This document shows, piece by piece, positions 27,385-40,782 of a stretch of DNA of 64,000 nt. This stretch comes from Octopus vulgaris. Its lineage: Eukaryota. Under the pieces are notes generated by a model. It searched no databases and had not been told where the DNA came from. It saw only the letters and a program-made list of their open reading frames with translations. Position 1 is the first letter of the stretch. Every line of letters starts with the position of its first letter. The stretch spans positions 213,776,001 to 213,840,000 of the forward strand of contig OX597815.1 of the NCBI GenBank assembly GCA_951406725.2, given 5' to 3'. The translations under genes and the position numbers were made by a program.

Positions 27385-27963
27385 AGGTAATAAAGGTCCC
27401 TCTTTCGTTGCTCAGAGAGAAGTAGAAGTATGTCACTGTTCTCTTTACCGCCTCTTCGACAAATTCCTCGAGCAAAGAGGTACGGTCATTTGTGACGTAT
27501 TGCTTCCATTGTCTCCAGCTGTGTTGGTAAGGTTGCCGCTGCGACTCAATTGCTTGTGTTTAAGTTGTTGCTGCTGATGCTGAAATTTGTTGTAGTTAAC
27601 GGTTGGTGTAGCAGTTCTCTTGCCATGCTGTACTGGACACGTGTTTGCGGCGAGTGTGGGAAACCAGTGCCATGGTTGTTGATGACAGCATCAACGTTGG
27701 TGTTGCTGATGATCGGAGTGAGTGTGGCAACGGATATAGTAGTAGTAGTAGTGGTAGTGGTGGTGGTGGTGGTGGTGATCGATGGCGTTGTCATGCTGTG
27801 GTTCGAGCCTCTAGGGTTCTTCTTACTATTTTTCTACCCATATCAATGCCTTATCTTCCATCTTTTAAATTCAAAACAAAATTTAGAAAAAAAATGGAAA
27901 CAGCTGTTAGTCATTTCACAGCCACGATAAAGCAAATAAAAAACTTAAAATAAACTTAGTCAG

Positions 27964-28003
<40 letters not shown>

Positions 28004-28408
28004 CAATTTCCCGCCAAAATTTGAGAAGCGAACAATACAAGGCCTTTGTATTGAAAACCAACAATAATACCCTCAAAAGATCATTCGATGTTTTATAAAA
28101 GTTCTTTTAATTTTGTGACGTAATCTTGATACATAACTCGTTACGTCATTGTTTCGATATGGTAAAGGTTTCGGTTATGCTTCAGATATAAATTTATTGA
28201 AAGCGTAACGCTCGAACACATGTCATATCCTACAGAGTAATATTATAGATAATATTTCTCAAACCATAGATGATGGGTGATGGGTGATGAGTGTGTAGAT
28301 GGTTTCTAACAGAAAGTGGTAAAGCGTTTCACTGTATTTTATTTTATCGAAATGGGAGGGATTGAACGCAAAGCTGGAAATTGAAACGATGAATAATTAA
28401 ATGACGCA

Positions 28409-28472
<64 letters not shown>

Positions 28473-31356
28473 TTGAATATTTGAAAAACCTTAAGGTTGA
28501 CAAGACTACCAAACCTACAAAAACCCAAAAATTAATGAAAAAATATATGAAAACTATACTTGATATTGATGCCACCATAGAAACCATCAAGCAAAAGGTA
28601 TCTGCCAAAGCTGCCCGCATAGCGAGGTATGAAAAGCGTGTTAGATTCTTGAAGGACAACAACATGTTCAAAAATAACCCCAAAAATGTTTACAGGAAGA
28701 TAGGAAAAACACCAGTTACTGTAAAGACTGTACCATCAAAAGAAGAAGTGCAGGGATTTTGGAATAAAATTTGGACAGAAGAAAAAACACACAAAGAAAA
28801 GGCCCCCTGCATTGATAAAATATCTACAGAACTGGACTCCTTAGAAGAGCAAAAGTGGGAGGGTGTCAAGGTAGAAGATATAAGATCTGCTCTCAGGAGG
28901 TCAAGCAAATGGAAGTCTCCAGGAAAGGATAAAATTCCTAACTTCTGGTTGAATGCCTTCCCTGAGAGCCATGAACTGCTAACAGAACTTTACAATGATG
29001 TTTTGCAACACCCTAGTAGGATGCCTCCTTGGCTAGTTAATGGGTTAACATTCCTGCTTCCAAAAAGTGAAGAAAAAAATGAACCAAAAAACTATAGACC
29101 CATAACCTGCTTAACAACTATGTATAAAACGCTAACATCTGTCCTGACGGAATATACCTATAGTTTTTTAACAGAGAGCAGCATATTCCCTAATGAACAG
29201 AAAGGATGTAAACGTGGATGCTATGGTTGTAAAGATCAACTACACATCAATAAGATGATTTTAGAAGATTGTCACAAACGACACAAAAACTTATCAATAG
29301 CCTGGATAGACTATAAAAAGGCTTTTGATAGCCTACCACATAGCTGGATTAAGAAATACCTGGAAATGTATAAAATAGCACCTACTCTGCGAAACTTTTT
29401 GTCTGTAAGTATGAGATCATGGAGAACCACACTAACTTTGAACAGTGACAATGAATCTATAAATGCCGGTGATGTAAAAATTTCATGTGGCATTTTCCAG
29501 GGTGACTCACTATCACTCTTTTGTTTAGCCTTAATTCCTCTCTCAAAATTGCTCAATGACGCGCAGTACGGATATAAAATGTTTGATAAAAATATAAATC
29601 ATCTCATTTACATGGATGATTTAAAGCTCTTTGCAAAAAATGACCAACAACTCAAGGGCTTACTAGCGATTGTTAAACAATTCAGTGATGACATCAGAAT
29701 GCAATTTGGCCTCGATAAATGTGCAAAAGCTACTTTTATCAAAGGAAAAATGATAGAAACATCTAACGTTAACCTTGACCAGTAGAATGTCATAAAAGAA
29801 TTAGACCCAGCGGAGAGCTACAAGTACCTAGGGGTAATTGAAGGGGACGGAATAAGGCATTCAGTGATGAAGGAAAGGACCAGGAGAGAATGTTATCGCA
29901 GAGTAAGAGCAATACTCAAGACAGATCTGAATGCGAGAAACAGGATCGATGCGATCAATGCTTTAGCCATACCAGTCGTGACTTACAGTCTCAGTATCGT
30001 TAACTGGTCAATTACTGAAATTTGTAATCTTGACAGAAAAATACGAAAACTGTTGACAATGCATAGAATACACCACCCTAAGGCAGATACAGAACGACTC
30101 TATCTGCCAAGAAAATAGGGAGGCCGTGGACTTTTACAACTGGCAATAACAATGAAGATTGCTACAATTGGCCTAGACACCTACCTAAAAAACTCTGAGG
30201 ACTGGATGTTAAAACTTGTCTCAAAACATGAAAAGAAAGCATCATACTCAGTAACAAAACAGGCAAAGGAATATCTAAGTGAATTCCGAATACAACCAAT
30301 TTCGGAATTAGAGATAGATATACAAGAAACAAGCACAGAAAAAGCTAAGCGTATGAAAACCCGTGCCAAAACTGCGGCCTTAGATATTCTGAATGATAAA
30401 TGGCAAGAAAAACCTCTCTATGGCAAATACCCAAAGAGAGCAAATAATGCAGATGTTGACAAAGTCCTGACCCATCAATGGCTAAAGGCCTCTAGCTTAA
30501 AATCTGAAACAGAGGGGCTTATCATAGCAGCTCAAGATCAATGCCTACCAACAAGAAACTACCAGGCCAACATATTAAAGAACGGCAGTTGCCCAACTTG
30601 TTGTGTATGTCAACAACAAAATGAAACCATTGATCATGTTGTCTCCAAGTGTAGTCTTCTAGTGCCTACAGAGTATCTCAACAGGCATGATAGAGCTGCA
30701 CAATATATTCACTGGATAATCTGCAAAAACCTGGATTTGCCCCATGAAAAAAAACTGGTGAGAACACAAACCACCCCAGTGCTTGGAAATGACCACATCT
30801 CGCTCCTCTGGAACTTCACCATTCAAACTGACAGAAAGATAGATGCGAATGGGCTAGAAATCATATTGAAAGACTTCAGACAAAGAACATGCCTCCTCAT
30901 TGATATGACTGTTCCAATCGATATAAACGTATCTGTCAAGACCTACCAAAAACTGAGCAAATATAAAGATGTTGAAATAGAAATCAGCAAAATGTGGAAC
31001 CTGAAGACTAAAACAATACCTGTTGTCAAAGGTGCCCTGGGAATGATAGCAAAAGGGGCTGATAGCTACCTAACTCAGATACCAGGAAACCCCAAAATGG
31101 CATAAATTCAAAAGATAGTGCTCATGGGAACTGCTCATATCCTACGCAAAATACTTTCTATGTAATCTCAAGTTTTAAAACAAACATAATTTTCGTATGG
31201 TTTTTTAGGCATTCACTAGTACAACACTAAGTACAAAACCAAATATATGGCACCCTAGGCATAACAACAACATGAACTTCCAACCTGTTGTCTCTTGAGG
31301 TCTCTGGGTGAGACTTGGAGCCAACTTGTACAAATATAAAGCAAAAGTCAAACATA

Positions 31357-31357
<1 letters not shown>
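28473..31357 (+). mobile_element. R4/Dong-clade LINE (RT plus restriction-like endonuclease), 5'-truncated, inactivated
   Basis: Same-frame ORFs 28481-29785, 29864-30118, 30152-31105: KSPGKD, NYRPITCL, EQKG, WIDYKKAFDS, GIFQGDSLS, YMDD, CCVC..ETIDHVVSKC, RHD, KLSKYKD, GALG; three in-frame stops; (TAA)n on both sides. Confidence 0.92.
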
Positions 31358-31446
<89 letters not shown>

Positions 31447-31447
<1 letters not shown>

Positions 31448-32048
31448 GAATATATTCACAGACATGACAGAGTTGGAACCTACATACATTGGAAGCTATG
31501 CCAACATTATGGAATAACAACAGAAAAAAGATGGTATAGGCACACACCAGAAAAGGTCACAGAAAACGAGAAAGCAACCATACTCTGGGATATGCCGATA
31601 CACACAGATAGAGAAATTAAGGCCAACAGACCAGATATAGTTGTCAGAGATCATGAAGAAAAAAATGTTTTTTAATTGATGTATCAATACCGGCAGATGA
31701 CAACGTGTCCCTAAAAGAAATGGAGAAACTCTCAAAATACAAAGACCTGGAAATAGAGGTAACTAGAATGTGGAATCTGAAAACAGAAACAATTCCTATC
31801 ATAGTAGGTGGATTAGGCATGATAAAAAAATATTCAGACAAATACATAACAAAAACACCAGGACTTACAAACACATATAACATACAGAAAATTGCACTAC
31901 TAGGCACTGCCCACATCCTACGCAGAACACTTTCCATACAATAACCATCAGAGCATCACAACAAATCACAGCACATACCCAAGGCACACAGAGCTGCGCT
32001 CGGTAGTGAAGTGAAAGCACGCTATAAAAATAAAAATAAAACTACTGA
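31447..32048 (+). mobile_element. 3' end of a second R4/Dong family (RLE domain plus 3'UTR)
   Basis: RHDRVGTYIHW...ILWDMPIHTDREIKANRPDIVV...KLSKYKDLEIE; (AAT)n tail; near-identical to 36148-36663. Confidence 0.9.
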
Positions 32049-32061
32049 ATAATAATAATAA

Positions 32062-33615
32062 AGAATACCGGGAATGTTTAACATGTGAGAGCGATAAAAC
32101 ACTGCTCCGAAATTTATCCAAAAACATCGGAAATAAAGACATCGCATGGAGCCAAAAAGAGCCGACAAAGTGTTGGACTATATCAGAGTAAGTAATATTC
32201 ATTCAAACTTATTTCTATTTTCCAAATAAAATGAATATATTTTAACTGGATATCATCTCCATTGCTCGCACAGCACATGTAAACATGCTTGACACATTAC
32301 GATCCATCAACACCAGATCATCTCCGGCCCCAAACACCATGTACAAAAAAATTACAAATAAATTAAATAATACCGGTATTATTCAACCCAAGAATAGCAA
32401 TCGGGAAGTGCGTTCTTTAAACTTGTTACACAAAAGGTACGAAAAACTACACGTGCAACACAGTTTATCAAGAGAAATGAACAGACCGGTACCCTACGAG
32501 AATGATGACCGAGGGCTGGACGTTGTTCCTCATGTCCCGCAAATAAAACCAAAAAGGCATAAATGGACACGTGAGGAATATATTGCAATCCTATACGTTT
32601 ATTTTACAACAGTGCTCTATCCAAAGAACGAAAACACAACAACATATACATAAACTATCTGGAAGAAAAATAATAACTTGGATACAGCAATGAACCCTAA
32701 TAAACTAGCTAACATACGAAGATATATTCTCAATATATATATATATATCAGAAATAGAAAAAGAATATTTAAAAGGAAAAATACACCAGGAAAATGTAGA
32801 TAGCAGCCACACAGCAATGACAAATAATATAAACACTGAGATAGCAAAACACGAAGACAGACGTAACATTTCCAACAAAAGCGAAGTAAACAACAAAAGA
32901 CAACAAATCCAGACCGTAGGAATGTATAATAATGTGCAAAAAGCACCAATCCAGAGCACCACAGAGAAACATGAATGAGAAGGAAGGCGAAACAAATCTA
33001 AAACCTGGAAAGAGTAAAGGGGAACCTATTGGTTATGATACTATAAAAATGAGCATAATCAAAGAACCACAGATCTCAGAATGGACCGCCGATTTTACCT
33101 CCCAAAAATCAAAGCAGATAATAAAACGACATCAATAATAAATAGCATAAACATGGCCGTCATTGAGCCACACAAACAAACGTCAATATCACCGAGCTAA
33201 ATGACATAATATAGGCAGCAGCCACTGCAGTCACAAAAAAAGATGGATACTCCCTCAAACCCATCCAAAGAGGAGTACCACCACCCAAACAAAACCCCGT
33301 GGATAAATAATATAAAAAAATAGAAAAAAAGAGAAAAGATCTGTCAATTTTTAACGAAATTAGTAGACAATCAACACTACTAAGCAATAAGAAGGCAACA
33401 AAAATACTGTGCAAATACAACATTACAGAAAAAGATTTACCTGAGGTAAAAGAAAAGCTAAAGTAAGATATCCTTGCCAAAGCACAAAGGATCCGCCGGT
33501 ATGAGAAACGCCAACGTTTCTTTGAACAAAACAAACAGTTCAACTCCATCCCCCAAAAATTCTGCCAAGAACTTGGCAAAAATAAAATAGACATCAATGC
33601 AGCACCAACAGCAGA
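32062..33615 (+). mobile_element. 5' region of an R4/Dong-type LINE (N-terminal ORF, decayed)
   Basis: KRHKWTREEYIAILY, LANIRRYI, and LAKAQRIRRYEKRQRFFEQNKQF, which is homologous to SAKAARIARYEKRVRFLKDNNMF in 28481-29785. Confidence 0.7.
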
Positions 33616-36099
33616 AATTGAACCAAGAAACGAAAAATATCAATGAAATTCTGAAATACATCAGAACAAACATCACAGAAACAAATAATTTCATCAACGT
33701 GGGTGTTGATGTCAAGAAAGAGAAATATAATGGGAGTGACAAGAAAAAAGACCCGTGGTGGAAAAGAAGAATACAGGCCGGGTTAGATATGCTCTCGAAT
33801 GAAATTTATATGTTTGACCGAAAAGACAAAGTGGAGCTTAAAAGCAAACAAAAATACAGGGCATTGAAAAAGAAGTATAATATTAAAAGAAAGGGCCTGA
33901 AAGTGGTGATGGAGGAAATGAAACAGCGCCTCGTTGCAAGGAAAGCAAAGATGGTGAAATACGACCAAAGAATGAAGGGTTACCACCAGAATAGGTTATT
34001 CAGAGTAGATCAGAAGAGATTCTATAAAGAAATACCTGGAGAGTGTACAGGTGAAAAGTTGATACCAGATAACAATGAAAGTCAAAGGTTTTGGAGTGAC
34101 AACTGGAGCAAAGACAAGGAGCACAAGAAGGATGCCGAATGGTTGCAAGAACTGAAACAAACAGTGGTCTGTCCAAAACAGGCAGAAGTAGTCATTTCAT
34201 TTAGAGAAGTGAAGGAAATCAGCAAAAAAATTAGCAACTGGAAGGGCCCAGGACCAGATGGAGTTCAAGGGTACTGGATCAAAAGATTTGGTGAATGTCA
34301 TGCACTAATAGCTGCGCAACTCAACATCTTGTTAAATGCCGACCAAGTAACACCGGAGTGGTTGACATTGGGTAGGACAGTGCTGCGCTTGAAAAACATC
34401 GAAAAAGGTCATATGGTAGACAATTACAGGCCGATATCCTGTTCGCCACTCATGTGGGAATTATTGACTGGAATACTCGCGGAGTCAATGTACGAACATC
34501 TGGAAAAAAATGGAGTCCTACCACATGAGCAGAAGGGTTCCAAGCGTAAGTGCAGAGGTACCAAGGATCTACTCTTGATTGACAAAACTGTACTTAGAGA
34601 CTACAAGAGGAGGAAAAGTAACTTAGCCATGTCGTGGATCGACTATCGTAAGGCGTACGGTATGATCCTACATTCTTGGATTATGGAATGTATGAACCTA
34701 TTTGGTTCATACATTGCTTGGAAAAAGTATGGCGAATTGGAGGACGGACCTCACACCATACGGAAGAAGTTTAGGGACATTAGAAATTAGGAGGGGCATT
34801 TTCCAAGGGGACTGTCTGTCCCCACTGATCTTTGTACTGTGCTTGATACCACTAACACTGATTCTGAGGACAGCAAAAGTTGGGTATTTATTCAAAAGCC
34901 GCCAATAAAAAGTCAACCATTTGTTATTCATGGATGACATCAAAGTTTATGGTAAAGATGAATCCCAACTCAGTTTCACTCCTTAGATATGGAGTAGGAG
35001 TAATCGCATGGACAGTAGACGAACTAAACAGCTTAGACAAAAAGACAAGGAAGTTGCTAACTAGATATGGGACAGTCCACCCAAAAAGTGACACAGACAG
35101 ACTATATGTACTTATTAGATGCGAACACAGCATTAGAACAGAAGAAAACAACATAGCATGGTATGTAAAAAATGCTACAGATCCGCTATTATTAGAACTA
35201 AGTAGGTCAGGCTTGTGTAGGATGAAAGATAAAGCACTGTACCAGCAATTGAAAACGAATGAAACTGAAAATAGGTGGGTAAAGAAAAGAATGCAAGGAC
35301 AATTTCAAAGGGATGTTGAAGATAAGACAGAAAAAAGAAGGCTGTGGATGATTAAAAGTGATTTAAAACCGGAAACAGAGGCTCTAATCTGTGCTGCTCA
35401 AGAGCAAGCACTAAGAACAAACTACATAAAATACAGAATAGACAACACATCAGAAAGTGAGAAGTACAGAATCTGTGGACAAAGTGGTGAAACCGTATTG
35501 CATATTATCAGCCAATGTACGCCATTAACCCATAAGGAATATAAGAGACGCCACGTCAATATAGTAAGGCTTGTCCATTGCACACTTTGCAGCAAGTATG
35601 GACTTGACAGAGCAAAAAATTGGTACGACTATATACCCGAAGGTATAATCGAAAATGATAATGAAAAGATCCTGTAGGATTTATGATTCAGTGCGACCAT
35701 GAAATAGAGAATAGGAAGCCAGACATAGTCTTAATTGAGAAAGAAAGCAAACTATGTTAGATCATAGATACAACATGCCCAGCTGACAACAAGGTATGAG
35801 ATAAGGAAGAAAGTAAAGTCGATAGATATGACAGGTTAGCTTGGGAGGTAAAGCAGTTTTGGTCGATGAAAAAGGTGGTAGTAGTACCAATAATTGTGGG
35901 AACAGTGAGTAAAAATCTCTAGAATTACACTGAACAAATAGGGGCTGCAATAAAGGGTGGATCACATGCAGAAAACAGCACTGCTTGAAACCACTGGAAT
36001 ACTCCGGAATGTGCTCGAAAAATAAGAGGTGTTACCATAGTTCACTGGTAGAGAACAGCTGATATCGTAGTACAACTCCAGCGTTAGAAGCTGTGCAAA

Positions 36100-36101
<2 letters not shown>
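33616..36101 (+). mobile_element. Third R4/Dong-clade LINE, decayed, with internal deletion
   Basis: WKGPGPDGVQGYW, NYRPISC, EQKG, WIDYRKAY, GIFQGDCLSP, FMDD, LICAAQEQALRTN, ETVLHIISQC, KPD; (TAA)n tail 36102-36147. Confidence 0.9.
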
Positions 36102-36147
<46 letters not shown>

Positions 36148-36151
<4 letters not shown>

Positions 36152-36663
36152 GATGGTATAGGCACACACCAGAAAAGGTCACAGAAAACGAGAAAGCAAC
36201 CATACTCTGGGATATGCCGATACACACAGATAGAGAAATTAAGGCCAACAGACCAGATATAATTGTCAGAGATCATGAAGAAAAAAATGCTTTCTAATTG
36301 ATGTATCAATACCGGCAGATGACAACGTGTCTCTAAAAGAAATGGAGAAACTCTCAAAATACAAAGACCTGGAAATAGAGGTAACTAGAATGTGGAATCT
36401 GAAAACAGAAACAATTCCTATCATAGTAGGTGCATTAGGCATGATAAAAAAATATTCAGACAAATACATAACAAAAACACCAGGACGTACAAACACATAT
36501 AACATACAGAAAATTGCACTACTAGGCACTGCACACATCCTACGCAGAACACTTTCCATACAATAACCATCAGAGCATCACAACAAATCACAGCACATAC
36601 CCAAGGACACAGAGCTGCGCTCGGTAGTGAAGTGAAAGCACGCTATAAAAATAAAACTACTGA
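36148..36663 (+). mobile_element. 3' end of the second R4/Dong family (copy b)
   Basis: Near-identical to 31527-32048; (AAT)n tail. Confidence 0.9.
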
Positions 36664-36683
36664 ATAATAATAATAATAATAAA

Positions 36684-37680
36684 ACATTTAACGTCTGTTT
36701 TCTCTGCTGGCATGGGTCAGGCGGTAAACCGGAAGGCTGAATCTGGTTCCAGCCTGATTTGGCATGGTTTCTACGGCTGGATGCCCTTCCTAATGCCAAC
36801 CACTCCGAGTATGTAATGGGTGCTTTATACGCGTCACCGGCACCGCTGCCATTTACCTGATACCCGCAATAGTCACGTCTATGATTCCACGGGTGCTTTT
36901 TACATGACACTGGCAACATCTAAGACTACGATTACATTTGGCTTCGACGAATCTTCTTAATTCCACAGCAAATCACGAAACGTCTCCGTCACTTGTCATC
37001 GCCTCTGCGAGGCCCGACTTTCGAAGATCACGCTACCGGCAACGACCAGAATTACGATTTCACGGGTGCCATTGCACAGGTGCTAGTTAGGTGACACTGG
37101 CAACAGCCACGAATACAATTTCACTTGGCGTGACGAGTCTTCTCAAGCACAGCATATCGCCAAAGGTCTCGGTCACCTGTAATTACCTCCGCTAGGCCCA
37201 ACATTCGAAGATCGTGCTTCACCACGTTCGTTCCTTGTCTTACTGGGTCTACCTCTTCCATAGGTTCCTTTCATAGTTAGAGATCAGCACTTCTTTACAC
37301 AGCTGTCGTCGTCAATACACATCACATGACCATACCAGCACATTCATCTCTCTTGCACACCACATCTGATGCCTCTTATGTCCAGTTTTTCTCTCAAGAC
37401 ATTTACACTCTGTTGCAAATGCACACTAACGTTGTACATCCAGCGAAATATACTGGCTTCATTTCTTTCAAGCCTTCGCATGTCCTCTGCGATTTCAGTC
37501 CACGTTTCACTGCCGTGGGGCTCGGTTGTTCTGTGGGAAGAGGTCCTTTGTTACCAACAGAGGTAGAAGCTCTCTGAACTTGGCCCAGCCTATTCTTATT
37601 CTAGCAGCTACGTTCTGGGAGCATCCACCTCCACTACTGACTTGGTCACCTAGGTAACGGAAGCTATCAACCGCTTCTAG
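36684..37680 (-). mobile_element. RTE-clade LINE 3' portion with 3'UTR
   Basis: Minus strand LEAVDSFRYLGDQVSSGGGCSQNVAARIRIGWAKFRELLPLL...GRGRPSKT; 3'UTR ggttggcattaggaagggcatccagccg. Confidence 0.85.
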
Positions 37681-37769
37681 TTTTTTACCCCTGCCATTTG
37701 ATGGAGTCTAATTTCTGTACATTTGTAGTGTTTATTGTACCTGTTCGTCTGCCATACACAAAGACTATT

Positions 37770-38070
37770 TTCCCTTTTTCTTGTTTCATTCATTTGACTG
37801 CGGTCATGCTGGAGCACCGCCTTTAGCCGAACAAATCGACCCCAGGACTTATTCCTTGCAAGCCTAGTACTTATTCTGTCAGTCACTTTTGCCGAACCGC
37901 TAAGTTACGGGCACATAAACACACCAACATCAGTTATCAAGTGATGGAGGGAGACAGACAAACACACACAAATATATACATGCATATATAGGACAGGCTT
38001 CTTTCAGTTTCCGTCCACTCACAAGGCTTTAGTCGGCTATAGTAGAAGACAGTTGCACAAGATGCAATTG
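37770..38070 (-). mobile_element. SINE A, head-truncated
   Basis: Tail and core similarity. Confidence 0.85.
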
Positions 38071-38122
38071 ATATTTTGTACGTGTCCATAGCTTGCACTA
38101 ACAGGTCCAGCCACCTGAGGGG

Positions 38123-38171
<49 letters not shown>

Positions 38172-38225
38172 GAAGAAGAAGAAGAAGAAGAAGAAGACGA
38201 AGAAGAGGAAGAAGAAGAAGAAGAA

Positions 38226-39025
38226 AAATGATGAGTGGGACAATACAAAGATAAACATAAAATGTTGGGGGTTACATATAATGAAATGATAGGGAGAAAA
38301 AGGGTAAATGTACACAGCATACAATGGAAAGGAAGGGGCATATACGTGGTATAGAAAGGTTAAGTAAAAAAGAAGGAGGGTTGGGAGGATGGTAGTAATG
38401 TATCCCTCCTAATATAGGATGACCGATGACCTCTAGGGATAATCGAGGAACCTCACTCTCCAAGATTTCCCTGACCACCAAGAGCAAGTGCCCTCTCCAA
38501 TTCCTTCTCTCCGACTCACAGGTCTACGCTTAAAGAGGTACCATCCATTCTTGCCATTTTCACAACTTTCACACACCTTTCAATAAACTCACTCGAATAC
38601 AGCACTACTCTCTCCGCTCTCAATTTCCTTTTCAAGTGAAACCTGAAGAACTCAATGAGAGCTCGACAAAAGAAGAATGTATCTGGCCTCATGCCTTTCA
38701 GCCTTGTCCATCAAACAACCTCTTTCGCCACAGCCACCAGGCAAAGGAAAACTACTATGCCTGCCCAATTGAAGGAGGGTGGCGGGGCAGTCATGACTAC
38801 AGGCTCGGCTGATAGACGGATCCCCCCTACTTGTGACAGCAGCTGTTCGGCATTATCCCACAAGTCAGCAATGCCCGGACTCTGAACGAGTGCATGCAGA
38901 ACAGTTTCGTCACTCTGCGCGCACCTCAGGCAAGCCCATCTGACAGCACGTCCGTGCCTGTAGAGTTTATCTCCAGCCGGTAGCGCTCCTCGGTAGCACT
39001 GCCAGGCCAAGGGCATTTGGAAATT
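38226..39025 (-). mobile_element. Tx1/L1-clade LINE 3' fragment
   Basis: LAWQCYRGALPAGDKLYRHG...CLRCAQSDETVLHALVQS, homologous to the C-terminus of 60215-61594; 3'UTR runs into (TTC)n. Confidence 0.85.
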
Positions 39026-39079
39026 ATGCATGATAGTTCGCAACTGGAAAGTCCTCCGGAATAATAATAATAATTCGTT

Positions 39080-40423
39080 TTAGTTTTGTTTTAAGGCCAG
39101 AAATTTGAAAAGGAATGGGTGAATCTCTACATTCGACCTCAATATTTGACGGTGTTCTATATTGTCGATCTCGGAGGAATACGTGGAATTTGAACTTAGA
39201 ATGTAATGTTTCGGAAGAAACGCAGCTTGGCATTTTGTTCGGTATTCTAACGATTCTGCGAATCCACTTGATCAGTTGTACGTAGGTCACATGTGGTAAT
39301 CAATATTTCGGTGCTTAAACAAGGCGGCGCGGTGGCAGAAGCGTTAGCGCGCCGGGCAGAATTCTTAGCAGCATTTCGGCCATTTTTATGCATTGAGTTC
39401 AAATTCCGCCGAGGTCGACTTTGCCTACCATCCTTTCGGGGTCGATAAAACAAGTACCAGTTAAGCACTGGGGGTCGATGCAATCGCCTTAATCCCTCCT
39501 AGGAAAATTGCTGGCCTTGTGCCCAAATTTGAAATCATTATATACAGTAATCCCTCGACTACCGTGGGTACTGCCCCCCCCCCAGTGATAGTCGAAAAGC
39601 CGCGAAGTAGAAACAGTACTGTACTGTATATTTTTCTTTATTATTTTTATAATTTGTATATATTTATTTTATTATAAATGCAAAACAACCCCCCTCCCTC
39701 ACCTCCCGAGTTCGTTTTCCATACAGTATGTGCGATTCTATATTTACTCATCTGTGGTACACTACGTATTTTTTTAATTTTAGTATATTTTAATTAATGT
39801 GTTATACAGTACAGTACAGTACTAAAGTTTAATTTATTAATTTTTAGGCGTGAAAATGCTTACTCTATCACAGAAATAATTAAAATCTAAAAAAATCTAA
39901 ATACCTATCGGCCGCAGAAACCCGCGATATACTGAGAAGTCCGCGATATAAATTTACATATATTAGCCAGAAGAATCCGCGATGTACTGAGGAGTCCGCG
40001 ATATGGTGAGTGATTACTGTATATATATGTAAGGCGAGGTCGACCTGCCTTTCATCCTTTCCGGGTCGATTAAATAAGTACCTGTTACGCATTGGAGTAT
40101 GTAATCGACTTAATCCTTTTGTCCGTCCTTGTTTGTCCCCTCTATGTTTAGCCCCTTGTAGGCAATAAAGAAATATATATATTTAAGGCGAGTTGACAGA
40201 ATCGTTCGGCGGGCACAATGCTTAGCGGCTTTTCGTTCATCTTTACGTTCTGAGTTGAAATTCCGCTTGGGAATTTTTTTGCTTTTCATCCTTTCGGGAT
40301 CGATAAAATAAGTACCAGTTGAGTACCGGGATCGATAAAATAAGTACTCGTTGAGCACTGGGGTTCATGTAATCGACTTGCCCACTCCCTAGGAATTGCT
40401 GGCCTTCTAACAAAATTTGAAAC
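39080..40423. mobile_element. SINE B copies: - ~39080-39270; + ~39321-39535, ~40031-40172, ~40185-40423
   Basis: Family B motifs; 19-bp direct repeat caatatttcggtRcttaaa at 39301 and 40424. Confidence 0.8.
39545..40019. mobile_element. Tigger/pogo-like non-autonomous DNA transposon
   Basis: TA|cagtaatccctcg ... gtgagtgattactg|TA; subterminal ccgcga(t) repeats. Confidence 0.8.
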
Positions 40424-40451
40424 CAATATTTCGGTACTTAAAATATGTAAT

Positions 40452-40615
40452 AGGCGTAGAAGTGGCTGTGTAGTAAGTAACTTGCTTACGAACCACATGG
40501 TTCCGGGTTCAGTCCCACTGCGTGGCACCTTGGGCAAGTGTCTTCTACTATAGCCTCGGGCCGACCAAAACCTTGTGAGTGGATTCGGTAGACGGAAACT
40601 GAAAGAAGCCCTTCG

Positions 40616-40661
<46 letters not shown>

Positions 40662-40782
40662 AATAAGTACTAAGCTTACAAAGAATAAGTCCTGGGGTCT
40701 ATTTGCTCGACTAAAAAAAAAAAGACGGTGCTCCAGCCTGGCCGCAGTCAAATGACAAACAAGTAAAATAGAGTAAAGAGTA
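40452..40782 (+). mobile_element. SINE A with internal deletion
   Basis: Intact A/B-box head and tail. Confidence 0.9.

Noticed and set aside
28195-28230. tgaaagcgtaacgctcgaacacatgtc hammerhead-like sequence
   Set aside because: Too degenerate; GAAA and stem I not intact
32062-32300. HDV-like ribozyme at the R4 5' end
   Set aside because: Could not build the nested double pseudoknot by eye
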